DNA of 63,170 bases, filler included, from Folioceros fuciformis (taxonomy: Eukaryota): NCBI GenBank assembly GCA_049999805.1. It is 11 parts of 11 records of this genome, joined end to end, with 100 filler letters (N's around TTAATTAATTAA, not from the genome) between each part and the next. Parts side by side here need not be neighbours in the genome. Positions count along the whole stretch, not along the records: positions 1 to 6,055 come from JBNGIO010002258.1; positions 6,156 to 11,552 come from JBNGIO010002259.1; positions 11,653 to 13,653 come from JBNGIO010002261.1; 8 more parts are not named here. One strand, 5' to 3'. Below are positions 1-12,182 of the stretch, in pieces. The translations under genes were made by a program, and so were the position numbers. Every line of letters begins with the position of its first letter. Positions within the stretch are counted from its first letter, which is position 1. The notes under the pieces are model-generated. The model was given only the letters and a program-made list of their open reading frames with translations, had not been told where the DNA came from and searched no databases.

Positions 1-2344
1 GCCCACCACGATCCAGCCCAGCCTGCTTGGCTTCCGAATTTGGCCCCAACCTGCCCTGCCCGGAGTGTCCTACCGGCCAGGATCTGGCCAAGCCTAGCTC
101 CACCCGCTAGACCTGCCGATCGATCCCGTCCGCCATCCAATCGCACGCCGTCCACGGCCGCTACTGCCCGTGGCCTGGCCAGCTTGCTGGCTGGTCAGAT
201 CCGATCGGGAAGCCAGCCGGATCGGGCAGGCCCCCCTACCTACCGGCCCGCATTGGGTTCAGCCATGCCGCCAACCCTCTTGGCTGGTTGTATTCGCCCG
301 CGAGTCCTTCCCCTGTCTGGCCACCCGCTTGTTCAAGCCCGACTGGCCAAGCTGCCAGGCCAACTTTCCCCGACTCACCCTGCCCAAATCCACCTGACCA
401 GTCGCCAAGCGGCTGCCTGTTGCTGGGCGGGGTCCGTTTGACGCCGGTCCGTCAGCCAACCCAGCTAGCCCACCAGCTGGGAGGCCGAATCAGCCTGCCC
501 GTCAGCCGACAGGCCGACTGATCTGCAGGTTGCCTGCCCGCACCTGGCTGGTCTGCTGCTGCTGCCAGCCCGCCGTCGCCTGGATCCATCGTCCCCCAGC
601 CCGCCTAGCCGGCCTACATCCTACCGACCGGAGCTCGTCCGGCCAGCCTGGATCTCCTCCCATGCAGCCGGCCTCCCACTCTAGCCCAGCCGCGTGCACC
701 GAGGCCACTCACCAGCCTCGTTGGCTTCCGGATCCAACCACGCCGCCAGCCTTCCCGGCTGGTTGGATCCGCCAGCCCATCCTACCCCTATCTGGCCCAA
801 CTATGACCAGCTCGGCCAGAGGTCGCACCCCGGCCTTTGTCCTCAAGGATCTGGCCGTCAATGCCCTTGGCAGATCCTGCTTAGATAGCCACCCGGCTGG
901 CCACATGATCGGCCAGCCAGCACAGGCGGATCCAGCGCCGCCCCTGGCTGATCCGCTCCGGCCTGCTAGATCCAGCCCAGTTCCACCTGGTTGGTTTTGG
1001 TCCGCCCGCCGACACCTGGGCCTGCCCGTAGCTGCCTCCACTGCCGATCCAACACCACCACCTGCCCCTCGTCGAGACCAGCCGGCCAGTGCCTTGGTCC
1101 CATCGTGAATCCATCCTGGCCCGTTCCTGCAAGCCAGGCGGCCTGCCTGCTCCGCCCCGGCCAGTCCCCCCAGCCCGGATCCATGCCCGACCTGGGTTCG
1201 GGCCCGATTCGCCACCACCGGCTCGGCTAGGCTCAACCCGAGGCCTGCCGGCTTGGGTCCCGCGCCGCCCCTTCCCCGACACGGCCTGCTTCAACCAGGC
1301 AGGATGCTATGCCCAGTTGAGACCAGCCAAACACGGCTGATCGCCCCCCTGCAACCGACGCCCATTCCCCCTAGCTCTGGCTAGGCAGCCAGCCCACGGC
1401 TCGGTTGCTGCCTGTGGCCCGGCCAGCCTGCTAGCAGCCAGCCAGCCCGGCTGGCCGAGCAGCACAACCAGCCACAGCTAGCCCGACTCAGGGGTTGCAA
1501 ACCGACTGCTTGTCCCTACCAACCCGGCCGCCTAGCCATGCTCCCTGGATCTAGCCACAACGCCTAGCTGCACAACCACTTGGATGCTCACACAGCTGTT
1601 GAAGGAGTGCCGCCACCCAGCCTATCCGGAAGCCTATGCCATTGCCGCCATAGCATTGTAGTACACCGCTTGTTCGTCGAGCCCTTAGATGAGTCCAACA
1701 GCCTGCGCTCCGCATCCTTGAGCCCTGGTCGCAGTAGACCTGCCATGACGGATCTCCGAATCTCTCTGCCCCGGAAGCAGATGCCAACTTGGTGCTTGGT
1801 TGCAGCCTCCAGCCTCCCGTGCCCACAATACAGGCGGCACGATAGGCCATTAGTAACGACTCCCAACCATAGCCACCTCAGATAGCGAGCAACCCGGCCA
1901 CTCACTGGTCAAGCCAGTCCCGCTTGCATCCCCTGGCCTTGTCACCCACATCCAGTCCGGCTAGCGAGCAAGAGTGCGCCATAAGACCTGCCTTGCTAGT
2001 TGCCTGCTTATGCCATGATATTGTCGACAGCGCTTGCCCTAGAGCCCTCGTCCTACCTTGCCCCTGATCGGGCATGCCCCGACCCTCCGTCTCCTTGTCG
2101 TTGTCAGTGCATGGCCGCTCCAGGCAGCTCCACTCACGAGTCTGCGTTCCACACACATTTGGAGACCCTAACCAGAGGGACCTAACCCGTGTCCTACCTA
2201 CCACACACCCTACCTAGACCCTACTCACCAACCCACTAATCTAATCCAATCTCATAACCGTTTCTCTACAAAATTCAATAAGAAATTCCCAAAAAAAGAA
2301 ACCCTACCATTTTCCAGGAGTCTGTTCATCATGTGGACTCCACA
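1..2344 (-). mobile_element. GC-rich LTR segment, 'family Y' (Gypsy, Tat/Athila-like)
   Basis: Ends in CATGTGGACTCCACA at 2344, the same terminus seen at 44730 (next to a PPT and integrase) and at 45494. The body is C-rich CCAG/CCGG low-complexity sequence like 41000-44600. Confidence 0.7.
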
Positions 2345-3100
2345 ATTTTCTTTTGGATTAGAAAATCAACTGCTAGAAAATTCTAAACCTAGAGATGCCG
2401 AATTTATAGGGGAGTCCGTGATAAGCTAGCCATTTTTGCACTTCAGGAAAGTTACAGGACTAATGGCACTTCGAGCTCAAATGTATAAGAGACCTTGTTG
2501 TGTCTCTCTCTTTAGACAATTTCAGGTGTCAGCTTCTGTGTGCTGAATTTGTGTACTGTGGGCTGGAGACATCTGATCGATGGAGGTATGATTCGGCGTG
2601 TTGTCCTCTCATCACAAGAGGACCAGGAAGATCTCTAGGTGGTTGAGAGCTGTGTGACCCAGCTCTATGTTTAGTGTGGCTAGTGGAAGGGGTGCTCTAC
2701 TCTTGTGAGGGAGAGAAATTTCTGTATAAGGTTAGGGTGGTAACGTGAGTTACCTGGAAAGCCGAGAGGAAGCCGAGAGGAAGCGCGAGTTTCACGAAAC
2801 TCTTGTAAGCTGTCCAGCTGTGATTTTTCCCTTCCTTACTCCGCTGTCTAACCAGGCCATGTTTAATCTGTGTGAGGGGTCTGTGTGGCCCAAGAAGGGG
2901 TATGTGTTGCCTAGGGAGGGGTCTGTGTCGCCCAGGGAGGGGTCCGTGAAGCCCAAGGAGGGGTCTATGTGGCCCAAGAAGGGGACTATGTGTCCCAAGG
3001 AGAGGCCTGTGTGGCTTGTGAGGGGTATGTGTAGTCCTGTTGTCTTCCTCTTGCTCTAGTTCATAGAGGACAATGTTGCTCTAGATGAGTGTGGAACCTA
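2345..3100 (+). mobile_element. Fragment of 'family X' LTR-like element
   Basis: About 2480-3020 matches the reverse complement of about 32480-33090, sharing ATGTATAAG, GATCGATGGAGG, CACAAGAGGACCAGGAAGATC and the 21-bp repeats. Confidence 0.7.
2875..3020 (+). repeat. 21-bp degenerate tandem repeat
   Basis: GTCTGTGTGGCCCAAGGAGGG-like units; the homologous array lies at 32500-32700 on the opposite strand. Confidence 0.8.
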
Positions 3101-4959
3101 CAAAAACTGCATCTACGAGGGAGGATAATCAAAAATTTGGGTGAAACACTTAGAGAGGTCCTCTACATCTTTGACAAAGACTCTTGTGGGCAAAGCCAAT
3201 AAATTGTTCATATGAATTCCAAATTTTGGGGGATTGGCAACATTTAACAAAGTAAAATCGACCTTGGCAACCACCACCACTTTCCCTATAGGTTCTAAAA
3301 TCCTCCAAACCATGAGCTTTTGTATTGGAAGGGTTGGTAGCCTCACCATGAATGAATAATGATGAGTTGAATAATAACTCTTGTCTTATGGGCTCTACAC
3401 ATTATGTAACCATGGAAATGCACATTATGTAGGATTCATACTCTTGAACAACTTTATGTGGTCCAAAGATAATGCTGACCCATAATAGTTGGAGCGTGCC
3501 TTCATTAACACCAAGATTTAAAAAAGAGTAAATTATAATCACACTCTTCATCTTAGTGGTAATCATTAAGGAGGGAGATAGAACTTTCCATCTCTTTTTC
3601 AATAATAATATATATATTTTTCTAATCTCAGTGGTTGTGCATTTGTTGACACCAAGATTTGAAAACGTGTAAATTAAGATAACACTCTTGAATCTCAATC
3701 TGAGTGCTATAGAAGCGGCTTGGTTACATCCAAGCTTGGCAAACCCAAGAGTTTAATCTTGAATGGAGAAGGAGTCCACCCTTAAGTCTCCTTTTATCTT
3801 TTGGAATAGATGGAGCTTTCCATGTCTTTTTCAATAATAGAAGAGTCCCTTGATTCAATGTAACTCTTTCGGGCTAATTGGAGCTGTCACCCACCTCTCT
3901 TACATGGGCTAATTGGAGGGTTGGGGGGCAGAGCACTCGGAGGGGGGCAGATAAACGGACGACCGGGAGAGCTGCGACTTGCACATTGGGGCAATCTGAT
4001 GGGTGTCTTCGTTCCCATTGAAAGTCGAGTTCAGGCGTTTGCGAGCGGCACCGTCACAATTCCGTAGCCTGGTAGTTCCTCTCACAATTGTAGCTGGGTA
4101 TGACAATAGGGGACGATGGCTACCTGTGCGATACAAGTTAGGCAGGCCGTCGGTACGTAGGTGCATGTCCTCACGAGGTGCATGTGGGCGACATAAAGAA
4201 GGTATGGTCCCTGGCCTTGGAACGGTTGGAACGTTGAGAGATTCGTGCTCCACGACAATCCTCTGACCTTCGCTCGCTGCCTGTGAGCGGGCAACCACAA
4301 TTTCTCCCTTCCCTGTCCCGCCGCGTCGAGGCGACACTGATGCATCACCTGTCACAGAGGGGTTGCCGGCTCCTGCCTCGAGGATCGATAGTCATACAGT
4401 TCGCCAATGGGGACACTTTGCCCTATTTCACAGAGATCTGCTAGAGCACGTACCTTATGGATCTATATGTACGACAATAATTCTTAAAGCCAAAATCGTG
4501 TTGGGGCCGTTCGGCTCGAGCCTGGAATTCCAAGTCAACATTCTCAAAAAATGATTTGTACATCCGCAAATCCTTCTTTGGGCGAAAGCAAGCATTTGAA
4601 ACACACAAAGAGAGTCCACATGAGCAACGCATGACTTGAAGTCGTCTTCCCCCGTCCACAAGAGAAACGTTCGCCTCCCTAGTCTTCCTCCTGGCCACTA
4701 CATAGTGACAGAGCCAAACCACACAACTAGCAGGTGTGTAAACGACACGCACCGAGAGCCTGTGCCTTCCGCAGCAGCGGGGCCGGCAATTCACAACACA
4801 ACACAACACAACAAACCCTAGAGAAGGAGTAGGGCATGAGCCGCAACGCTAGGAAGCATGCCCCCGAGTCGGCTCCAAAGCAGGAGAAGAACCATGGAGA
4901 GAGCGGCGGTGCCGCTTGCGCTTGCTGCAGGTGATTAATGCAATCAAGTGAGCAGCCAA

Positions 4960-5012
4960 ACCAAGCAAAGCCAACCAAGCCAAGCCAAGTCAAGCCAAGC
5001 CAAGCCAAGCTA
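4960..5012 (+). repeat. (CCAAG)n microsatellite
   Basis: Imperfect run of CCAAG units read directly. Confidence 0.85.
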
Positions 5013-6055
5013 AGCCTGGAGGCGCCGAAGGTCGGACCCAGCCGCGTGGCGGCACATTACGCGTCTTCGGGCGCCGCTACACAGCGAAACGCAACACAGC
5101 ACGGCAGCTCCCGCGAAAGGCGTGTGCAAGAAGCACGATCCTCCATCCTATCCAGTGCGAGGGAGCACGGGCACCACAAGCGCAGAGCGGCCGCAGGCAG
5201 GGGAGTGCGGTATCGCCGGGAACCGCCAGTTTCGCCACTTCCGCCGCAAACCAGCAGGTAAGCAAACCAGTGAACCCGGATCGGTTTAGGGCCCGCAATA
5301 CGGGGCCCCAGGAATCTCAGTGACGTGTACCTAATGCAAGCATCGGTAACCGGGTACCACTCTGTGGGCCTCCCAAAGGTGCACGTGGCGCCGGTTATGG
5401 ATGCAGTGAGATGCAGCACGGTGGCCACCGGGTACAGCGCCGGCCGGGTGCGGTGTCCGGGGACGTTGGACGAAAACCAACCGTTCGCTTCCAAGCAGCG
5501 GGTGAAAACGGGGGAGGGAGGAAATGGGGTGAAAAGTGAAACCGTAGGGTGAGTTTGGAGTCGTGAGTCTTGCACGGCGCGGCAGGCCCCGTCAAGGATG
5601 GTTAGTTACGAAGCGTCTGAACTAACCTTCAACGTATCATTGAGACACCACTCCTTGCTCCTTTTGCTTGCTTTGCATGCTTGCTCGCTTCCTTCCTCCC
5701 TCCCTTCCCTTCCGTCCTTCATCCTTCCCTTCCTTCCGTTGCTTGCTCTCCTTCCGGCCTTCCCTGTTCATCCATACCTTCCTCCCCGCCCGCTGCTTCC
5801 GCGTTCCTTCCCCTCCCGGCGTCCCGCGGTGTCGTGATCCCCTCCGCCTAGCCTTGCTGTCGCTGCTGCTGGCAATTCTGCGCTGCCTCAGGCTCTTCTC
5901 TCCGTCCCTTCCCGGCGCCCCGGATTCCCGCTCGCATTCTCTGTACTCGCCTGCGCTGCTACCATTGCACGGCTTCCTCTTCGTCGGCGTGGGAGCATCT
6001 GAAGACCGGATTTGGGCTAGCCTGGACTGGAGCAGGGGAATTGCGGAGGAGGCGG

Positions 6056-6155
6056 NNNNNNNNNNNNNNNNNNNNNNNNNNNNNNNNNNNNNNNNNNNNT
6101 TAATTAATTAANNNNNNNNNNNNNNNNNNNNNNNNNNNNNNNNNNNNNNNNNNNN
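6056..6155. other. Artificial contig linker (first of ten)
   Basis: 44 N + TTAATTAATTAA + 44 N. Also at 11553-11652, 13654-13753, 16248-16347, 19202-19301, 38033-38132, 48533-48632, 51450-51549, 54896-54995 and 57659-57758. Confidence 0.98.
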
Positions 6156-7055
6156 GGTGTAGATGGCATTATAGTCATAGTTAGATGAACAAAAGCTTGA
6201 CTTTTGCAACAAAAAAAAAAGGATTGAAAAAATAGGTGCAAAATATCAAAATTCCTTTGATTTTATGCTTTTGTGTTGATGCTATAATTTTTGGACACAT
6301 TTGATTCAAAGCCAATGCTGACAAAGTAAGTACACAACAATGTCGGCCTAGGAATCACAATGAGTGGAATCATTCTTGTACTTGGGGTAGGTAGGGGTCC
6401 CTTGTTGTTCAAGGGCTATGGAGTTGATCATCCATTAGATCTAGGAGCCATCAGCATTTTGCCTTCGTATTCTTTGAAGCAGCTTCTAGCTAACTAAATT
6501 TGAAGTCTTGTATTCTCGGAAAAGAAAAGCAATGTTAGTTTCAATGGGACTAAATATAGAAATAACCCATGTGTTACTTTCCATCCAACTCTAGAAAGTG
6601 CTTTATCCCACAAGCATTTGTTGCTTCCTGAAAAGTAAAATAATAAGTTTTGATTAAAAACTATAATATTAAAAAAAATCAATAATAGACAATGACCGCG
6701 GCGCTGACTGTTTTACACGGACTAGGATTGACTGAGATATTTTGCGTTCGCATTAGGACTATGCCTAAGCCAAAACCATTATCAAACAAAATTAGTGTAC
6801 CAAAAGTAACTACGCGATATTAACCTAAAAAAAAAACCTTATTTTACAAACCCTTCAAAAGACATCTAAATTATTTAGTCGAGATTCCAGGACTGCCGCC
6901 GAGTACCCGCCCCACTAGCCGGAGTGCCCGAGACCAAGCCCCCGCCACCATGGCCAGGGCCCGCAGCTGAGGCCGAGGCCGGCCTCGGCCCAACTGTCTT
7001 CCAAAAGATAGTTTGCATAAGAACGTGTCGGACCGTGCGGTGTTCAGTCGCGTAG

Positions 7056-8743
7056 TTAAAATTGGTACTTAGCTCGACCGCTTTTCAGGATGAGACATTT
7101 CATGTTAGAAAAGTCTAGCTGCCTTTGGCTCTTGTAGAAGTTCCATGCATATAGCATCAAACTTTTGGTGGAGCCTTTGAAATGCAACACCTGCCACATA
7201 AGGAGGGGATTGTCAGACCCGTGGCAAAGCAGATGAGGACACGGGACGGGAGCATGGGGGAAAAAGACAGACCTTCACGTCTTCAGGCATGCCATGGAAC
7301 TGCCCAGCCCCCTCTGCAGGGGTCCAATTGTATGAAAGACACGGCAGGAAGAGCACGCGTGTTCCCAGAACATCGGCCTCGAAGGCCTCTGTATGCGCGA
7401 ATCTCTTCATACGTATGGATGACAAGTTCCTAAGAATCCATGCAATAGCCAGCTGATCTCCAAGCATCTTGGCACTGCCGGAGAAACGAGCCTTAAAAAC
7501 TCTCACCACGTGAGTCAGAAAGGCCTTACCCCTGCCACCCAACACTCCTGACATGTCAGGCAACTCAGAGAGAGGGACAATGCGGGTGCAAATGGCAAGG
7601 CCCTCATACCTGGTCAGGCCTTCCTTTGTTCCCCGGACCATGAACACTCCTGAGTTGATAGGCTGACGTTTGTTGTTCCGAAAGGTCATAGCCACATGCC
7701 AAGTTGGATACTTCGTGAAGGCACATTTGAGGTCATCAACCACCATGATGTCCGAATCGCTGAAAACAATGTGCTTCGACGTGGTCTTCCTTCTGTGCTG
7801 CTCCCGCATGAGCTTTAGGAAGGCCTGCGTCAGACAGTAACTGAGATATGATTGCAGGGCCTTGCAAAGCACATGAGCTGAAAGCATCACCGACGAGACC
7901 TTACAATGTATGATTCCAGACGTTGAAGCATCAGAGTATTCCGAGAGTAGTTGCCGTGAATGTACTTAACGACCGTATTCGGAGGCAACCTGTCGGTCTG
8001 CAACTCGGAATCCGGATCAGTAATCACCACTGCCTCACTGCCAGGCATAGATACCTGCGAAAGTCTAAAGAACCAAAGAGATTAGGAAGTCAGGTACCTG
8101 ACACAACTCCTGGGCAACACGCTTACACAAGCTCACACATACCTCGACAGACTGCAGATAAACGTTGAGAACCGCGAAACGCTTGTCCGCAGGTGTGGCA
8201 AACCTGCCTCCCCGATTCCACCACGCATTTCTACTCGACTCCAACGAAGGTTGATGCTGAGCCCGATTGCTCACGAACATGGTCACAAACGACACCACTT
8301 CGTCACGAGGAAGCACACAAACTACCGGCTTCCGTCTCGCGGCCACGGCTTCAAGGCCTGGAGGGAGAGGAGACATGCTTCAGCAAGGACCAAACATACA
8401 TTCAAAATTCACTCTTCCACACTGCACCAAACATGAACAAGGCGTACTTGCCCCATCTTCACATTGCACCCGGCCAGGCAAGCCCTGCCCAGCAGCAGGT
8501 CCCAGAACAAGCTGATTGTGCTTCACATGCTTGGAACTCCTCGTGACCAGCCCTCCCGCCGGCACTGCCCAATCCCAAAACAACCCCGACATCGTACCTG
8601 CCCCCCAGACAGCCACATCAGTTTCCCACTCCACAACCCAACGTGCGAACGGCAAGTGCCTGCACGAATGACCCACTTGGAAAAACGAAGAGCAGGAAGC
8701 ACAATGCGAGGGCCACCCAAAAAAATCTCTGTGTTTGGCCCAT
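7056..8743 (-). CDS. Multi-exon nucleotide-diphospho-sugar transferase-like (GT-A, DxD) type II membrane protein
   Basis: Exons read MGQTQRFFWVALALCFLLFVFP (signal anchor), NTLMLQRLESYI, HIVFSDSDIMVVDDL...TFRNNKRQPINSG, LGDQLAIAW, YNWTPAEGAGQFHGMPEDVK and VLHFKGS...CLILKSGRAKYQF*, separated by GT-AG introns. The start codon is inferred. Confidence 0.82.
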
Positions 8744-9343
8744 GCTATTGCAACCCCTCTTCGCCGACCGCAAGAAGCCCATCACCGCATCGCAGGCCCT
8801 TGGAAACTGAGCTTGCCGCACCCGGCAATTTGTCATAGTTTTGGTATTTCAGCTGGCAAACCCATCCATCCTCGATGTGATTGCCCGGTGCTCTTATCAT
8901 TCCCAAGCGCCCCGCACCAGGCTGCTGCAAGACTGGAGCGTGAAAGCCATGGTCTCGCACAGACATCCTAACGGCTGGCCTGTCCTCCTGACGCCGGACC
9001 CCGGACAGCCTAGCCATTTTCTTGCGCACACCTTTATCATTCCTAGTCCGGGGATAACTTTATCCAATTCTCGGCTTTCTTGAAGACGTTTTGTCGGGAT
9101 ATAACCTGTGGCTCCCCGCAATAACTTCGTCTGAGGCAGGGTTGGAAATCATGGGGGCTTTGCAACGTCGAACCAGGGGATCCGAGTTTGAAGATTGGCT
9201 CACGAAGTCATGCTTTGGTACGGTTGCATTGAGCCTCGGTACTATGAGTGTCGAGCTGGATGTTGGACTTGCCAACATCCAGTGGAAGATAGGGTTGGAT
9301 TCGTGGATGAAATTGCTTCAACATTTCTAGGAAACGAGGAGGG

Positions 9344-10730
9344 ATGAGGCGTAATTTGACGAATTGTGCAGTGAGGAGCGAAGATGAGACATCCGCCATT
9401 CTGAGCCGGAAGAAATGTCGGACTCACCGTCGCAAAATAAGCTCAGGTGCGTGGCTCAGGTTGCCGGAAACCAAACAACGAGCTTTCCTAAATGTTTTCT
9501 CGGTTGAGGTTATTTGTGCTCATCGTGTTTGGTTGGGAACAGGGGCAAGCCGTGAGCTGGAGCAAAAGACTCGGCTGGCTGATGGAAGTTACAAGGTTAG
9601 TCTGGCAGTGCCCTGCATCTTCTTGTCCTTCCGCGTGATTGCTTGCGGGTGCTATCAGATATGCTGGCAAGGTGCCCCTGGGTTTTGGTAGGTGGCAAAT
9701 AAACACTACAGGAGATGGAATAACGATCGTCTCCTTCGGGAGCTGGCTCCACCAATGGATGCCAACCAGATAGACAGTTTGTTTGCTCCTCCACCTTGGG
9801 GTAATTAAATTTGATGCGCATTACTGTGCTTTGTGCTTTGCACCCTTTTTGGCTGTTGCCGCACTGTCGTCGGATCATTCCTGAGTCTTACACGTTGCTG
9901 CCTGCAGGGGAGAAGACTGCTCCCACCGCTTTGGAACGCATAACTTCTACAGCTGCCGATAGGGCTGTGTGGGAGACGTTTTGCAACAACGTTGACATGG
10001 ACGCGCAGGTTTTTTCTGCCTGCATGAATTTGTGGCGTTTGAATGTTTCTGTTGTGTGACTTTGTGTCGATTCTTTTTCTAATTCGCTTTGGAAAGCAGG
10101 CGAAAATCCTGCAAAGATACTCGCAGACTGGAAGGGTTAGGGCTGGTTCTCAAGAATTAGCCGAGAATATAGCCATGTCTGCATGGCGAAGGATGGAGCA
10201 CCGGTTGCGCGACATCTTGAAGCGAAACGCGTCCTCGCCAATTCTAGAGCAACTCGAGGTTTGAGTCTAGACATCGGGCAATGCCATGTAAGTAGGCATG
10301 TTGTATGGATCAGATACTAATTCTTCTCGATTAAATCACTGTAGGAGGCTTTATGTGCCAATTGGACCGAGAACGGCCAGGGCACTGTCGTATTTCCTCT
10401 AGACAATTCGTTTCATCGAATTTTACTACGTGGATTAGCTCAGGTATGGTTTGTACTCTTTTTTAGGGTTAGGGTTTGGGGTTTGTCCACATGTTGTGAG
10501 ATATTGTTTTTGAAAACTTATTTAGGTGTATAGTCTCACTATTAAGTGTAGTCTTGTTTTGTTATTCTTTTTTTTATTTTTTTTATTGATTCGTGCAGTT
10601 TCACAGTTTCAATTGCATGGAATTTGAAGATTCCTCCTCGCTGGTTTTGATACCTAGACGTGGTCATGATGGGGCCAATGCAACACGCTTGAGCTTGGTG
10701 AAGTTTTTACGACAACTTCGAACTCTCTGA
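9344..10730 (+). CDS. R3H-associated/R3H domain protein (R3HDM4-like), multi-exon
   Basis: Spliced product KVANKHYRRWNNDRLLRELAPPMDANQIDSLFAPPPWG...NVDMDAQ...SAWRRMEHRLRDILKR...NSFHRILLRGLAQFH...LVKFLRQLRTL* resembles plant R3H proteins (RRWLNDRLL, FAPPPWG motifs). The start is uncertain. Confidence 0.8.
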
Positions 10731-11450
10731 AGTTTTTGCCACCTAGATGTGGTCAAGATGAGGCTAATGCATAATTTGTGAAGTTTTTGTGACCTAGTGA
10801 AGATGAGGCTAGTGCACAATACTTAATCTTGGTGAAGTTTTTGTGACCTAGGTCCGAATGAGGCTAATGCACAATACTTCATCTTGGTGACATTCTGTGA
10901 AGCTTGTGCACTATGTGAAGTTTCTGAGACACTCTTGTACTTGGTGAAGCCTCTAAGACACCCTTGTACTTGGTGAAGCTTCTAAGAAAGCCTTGTAATT
11001 GGTAAAGCTTAAGACAGTCTCATCCTTGGTGAAGCTTCTAAGACAACCTTGTTCTTGGTGGAGCTTCTAAGAAAACCTTGTTCTTGGTGAAGCTTTTGGT
11101 GAAGCTTTTAAGACAACCTTGTTCTTGGCGAAGCTTCTAAGACAACCTTGGTCTTGGTGAAGCGTTTGACTCCCTATTTGCTTTCGAGGTAGAGTTGAGA
11201 CAATCTTGTACTTGGTGAAGCTTCTTTTGAGGTTGAGAGATAATCTTGTACTTGGTGAAGGTTCTTTCGAGATTGAGTTGAGATAACTTTGTACTTGGTG
11301 AGGCTTCTTATTCCTTATTTGTTGTCGAGGTTGAGTTGAGATAGCCTTGTAATTGGTGAAGCTTCTAACTCCTTATTTGGCTCTAGAGGTTGAAGCTTCA
11401 AACTTCTTATTTACTTTGGAGGTTGACCTAAGCCAATCTTGTAATCTTGT
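10725..11450 (+). repeat. Degenerate minisatellite with core CTTGGTGAAG (about 29-bp units centrally, longer at both ends)
   Basis: Core occurs at 10940 and 10969 (29-bp spacing) and many more times; the same core is present in the last R3H exon. Confidence 0.85.
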
Positions 11451-11466
11451 ATATTTGATGAGTCGC

Positions 11467-11552
11467 GAGCCTTACACGTTGTTGCCTGCAGGGGACAAGA
11501 TTGCTCCCACCGCTTTGGGACGCATCACTTCTACAGCTGCCCACCGCTTTGG
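11467..11552 (+). pseudogene. Duplicated intron end and exon of the R3H gene, cut by the contig end
   Basis: CTTACACGTTGTTGCCTGCAGGGGACAAGATTGCTCCCACCGCTTTGG closely matches about 9883-9957. Confidence 0.8.
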
Positions 11553-12182
11553 NNNNNNNNNNNNNNNNNNNNNNNNNNNNNNNNNNNNNNNNNNNNTTAA
11601 TTAATTAANNNNNNNNNNNNNNNNNNNNNNNNNNNNNNNNNNNNNNNNNNNNGATTACCATAGCCCCCCTGGTTCCCGTATCCACCCTGATTCCCATAAC
11701 CTCTAGGAGGCGGCCTGCTCGGTGGCGGTAACTGAGCAAGCTCCCCTTTCACCCAGGTAGGAGTAGTTGAGCTCTCAGCCCACAACTGTTCTCTCGTCCC
11801 TTCGCCGCCTTCAACACATCGACCTCCGCCGGAGACCGGGGCGGCAACCGCTGCTGCCACTCGTTAGCCACCGTCACCTCGCACTGGCCACTGCAAGCCG
11901 TGATGTCCTCCAACGGATGCCTCTGCGGATGCACCAGCTTGCTACTCACCAGCGTCATCAGCACCGCCTGGCCCGTAAGTCCCTGCACTGCAGAGAGAAC
12001 CGACCACGCCGCCAGGCACAGTGTGACAGTCAGGCCCCCTGCCTCTGTTTATTTTCCAAGAACAAATACAAGCTCAGTCTCCGAGCGCGCTCCCGCTTCA
12101 TTCGCCTTTTCCTAACCTTCATCACCGTCTCCACAACAACCGCCTCCATAGACCACCCCGGTCCCCAAAGATCGAGAGCTCA

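Noticed and set aside
1-2200. Many overlapping P/A/R/G-rich ORFs (also 41000-44500 and 55600-57400)
   Set aside because: Expected by-product of GC-rich low-complexity repeat sequence; no domains recognised and frames differ between copies.
5598-6055. Leu/Pro/Ser-rich ORFs resembling signal peptides
   Set aside because: CT-rich tract typical of a plant 5' UTR at a contig end; no recognisable coding motif.
6100-6111. TTAATTAATTAA as a biological motif
   Set aside because: Always centred in identical N runs, so it is a synthetic linker.
10463-10480. TTTAGGGTTAGGG telomere-like repeat
   Set aside because: Only about two units inside an intron; too short to call an interstitial telomere.
10725-11450. 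CRISPR-like conserved core with variable spacers
   Set aside because: The spacers are related to each other and to the adjacent exon, the context is eukaryotic, and no cas genes are present.
11653-12180. GGYGNQ repeats suggesting a glycine-rich RNA-binding protein
   Set aside because: Only three units at a contig end within broken frames; more likely a retroelement gag linker, but I cannot support a call.
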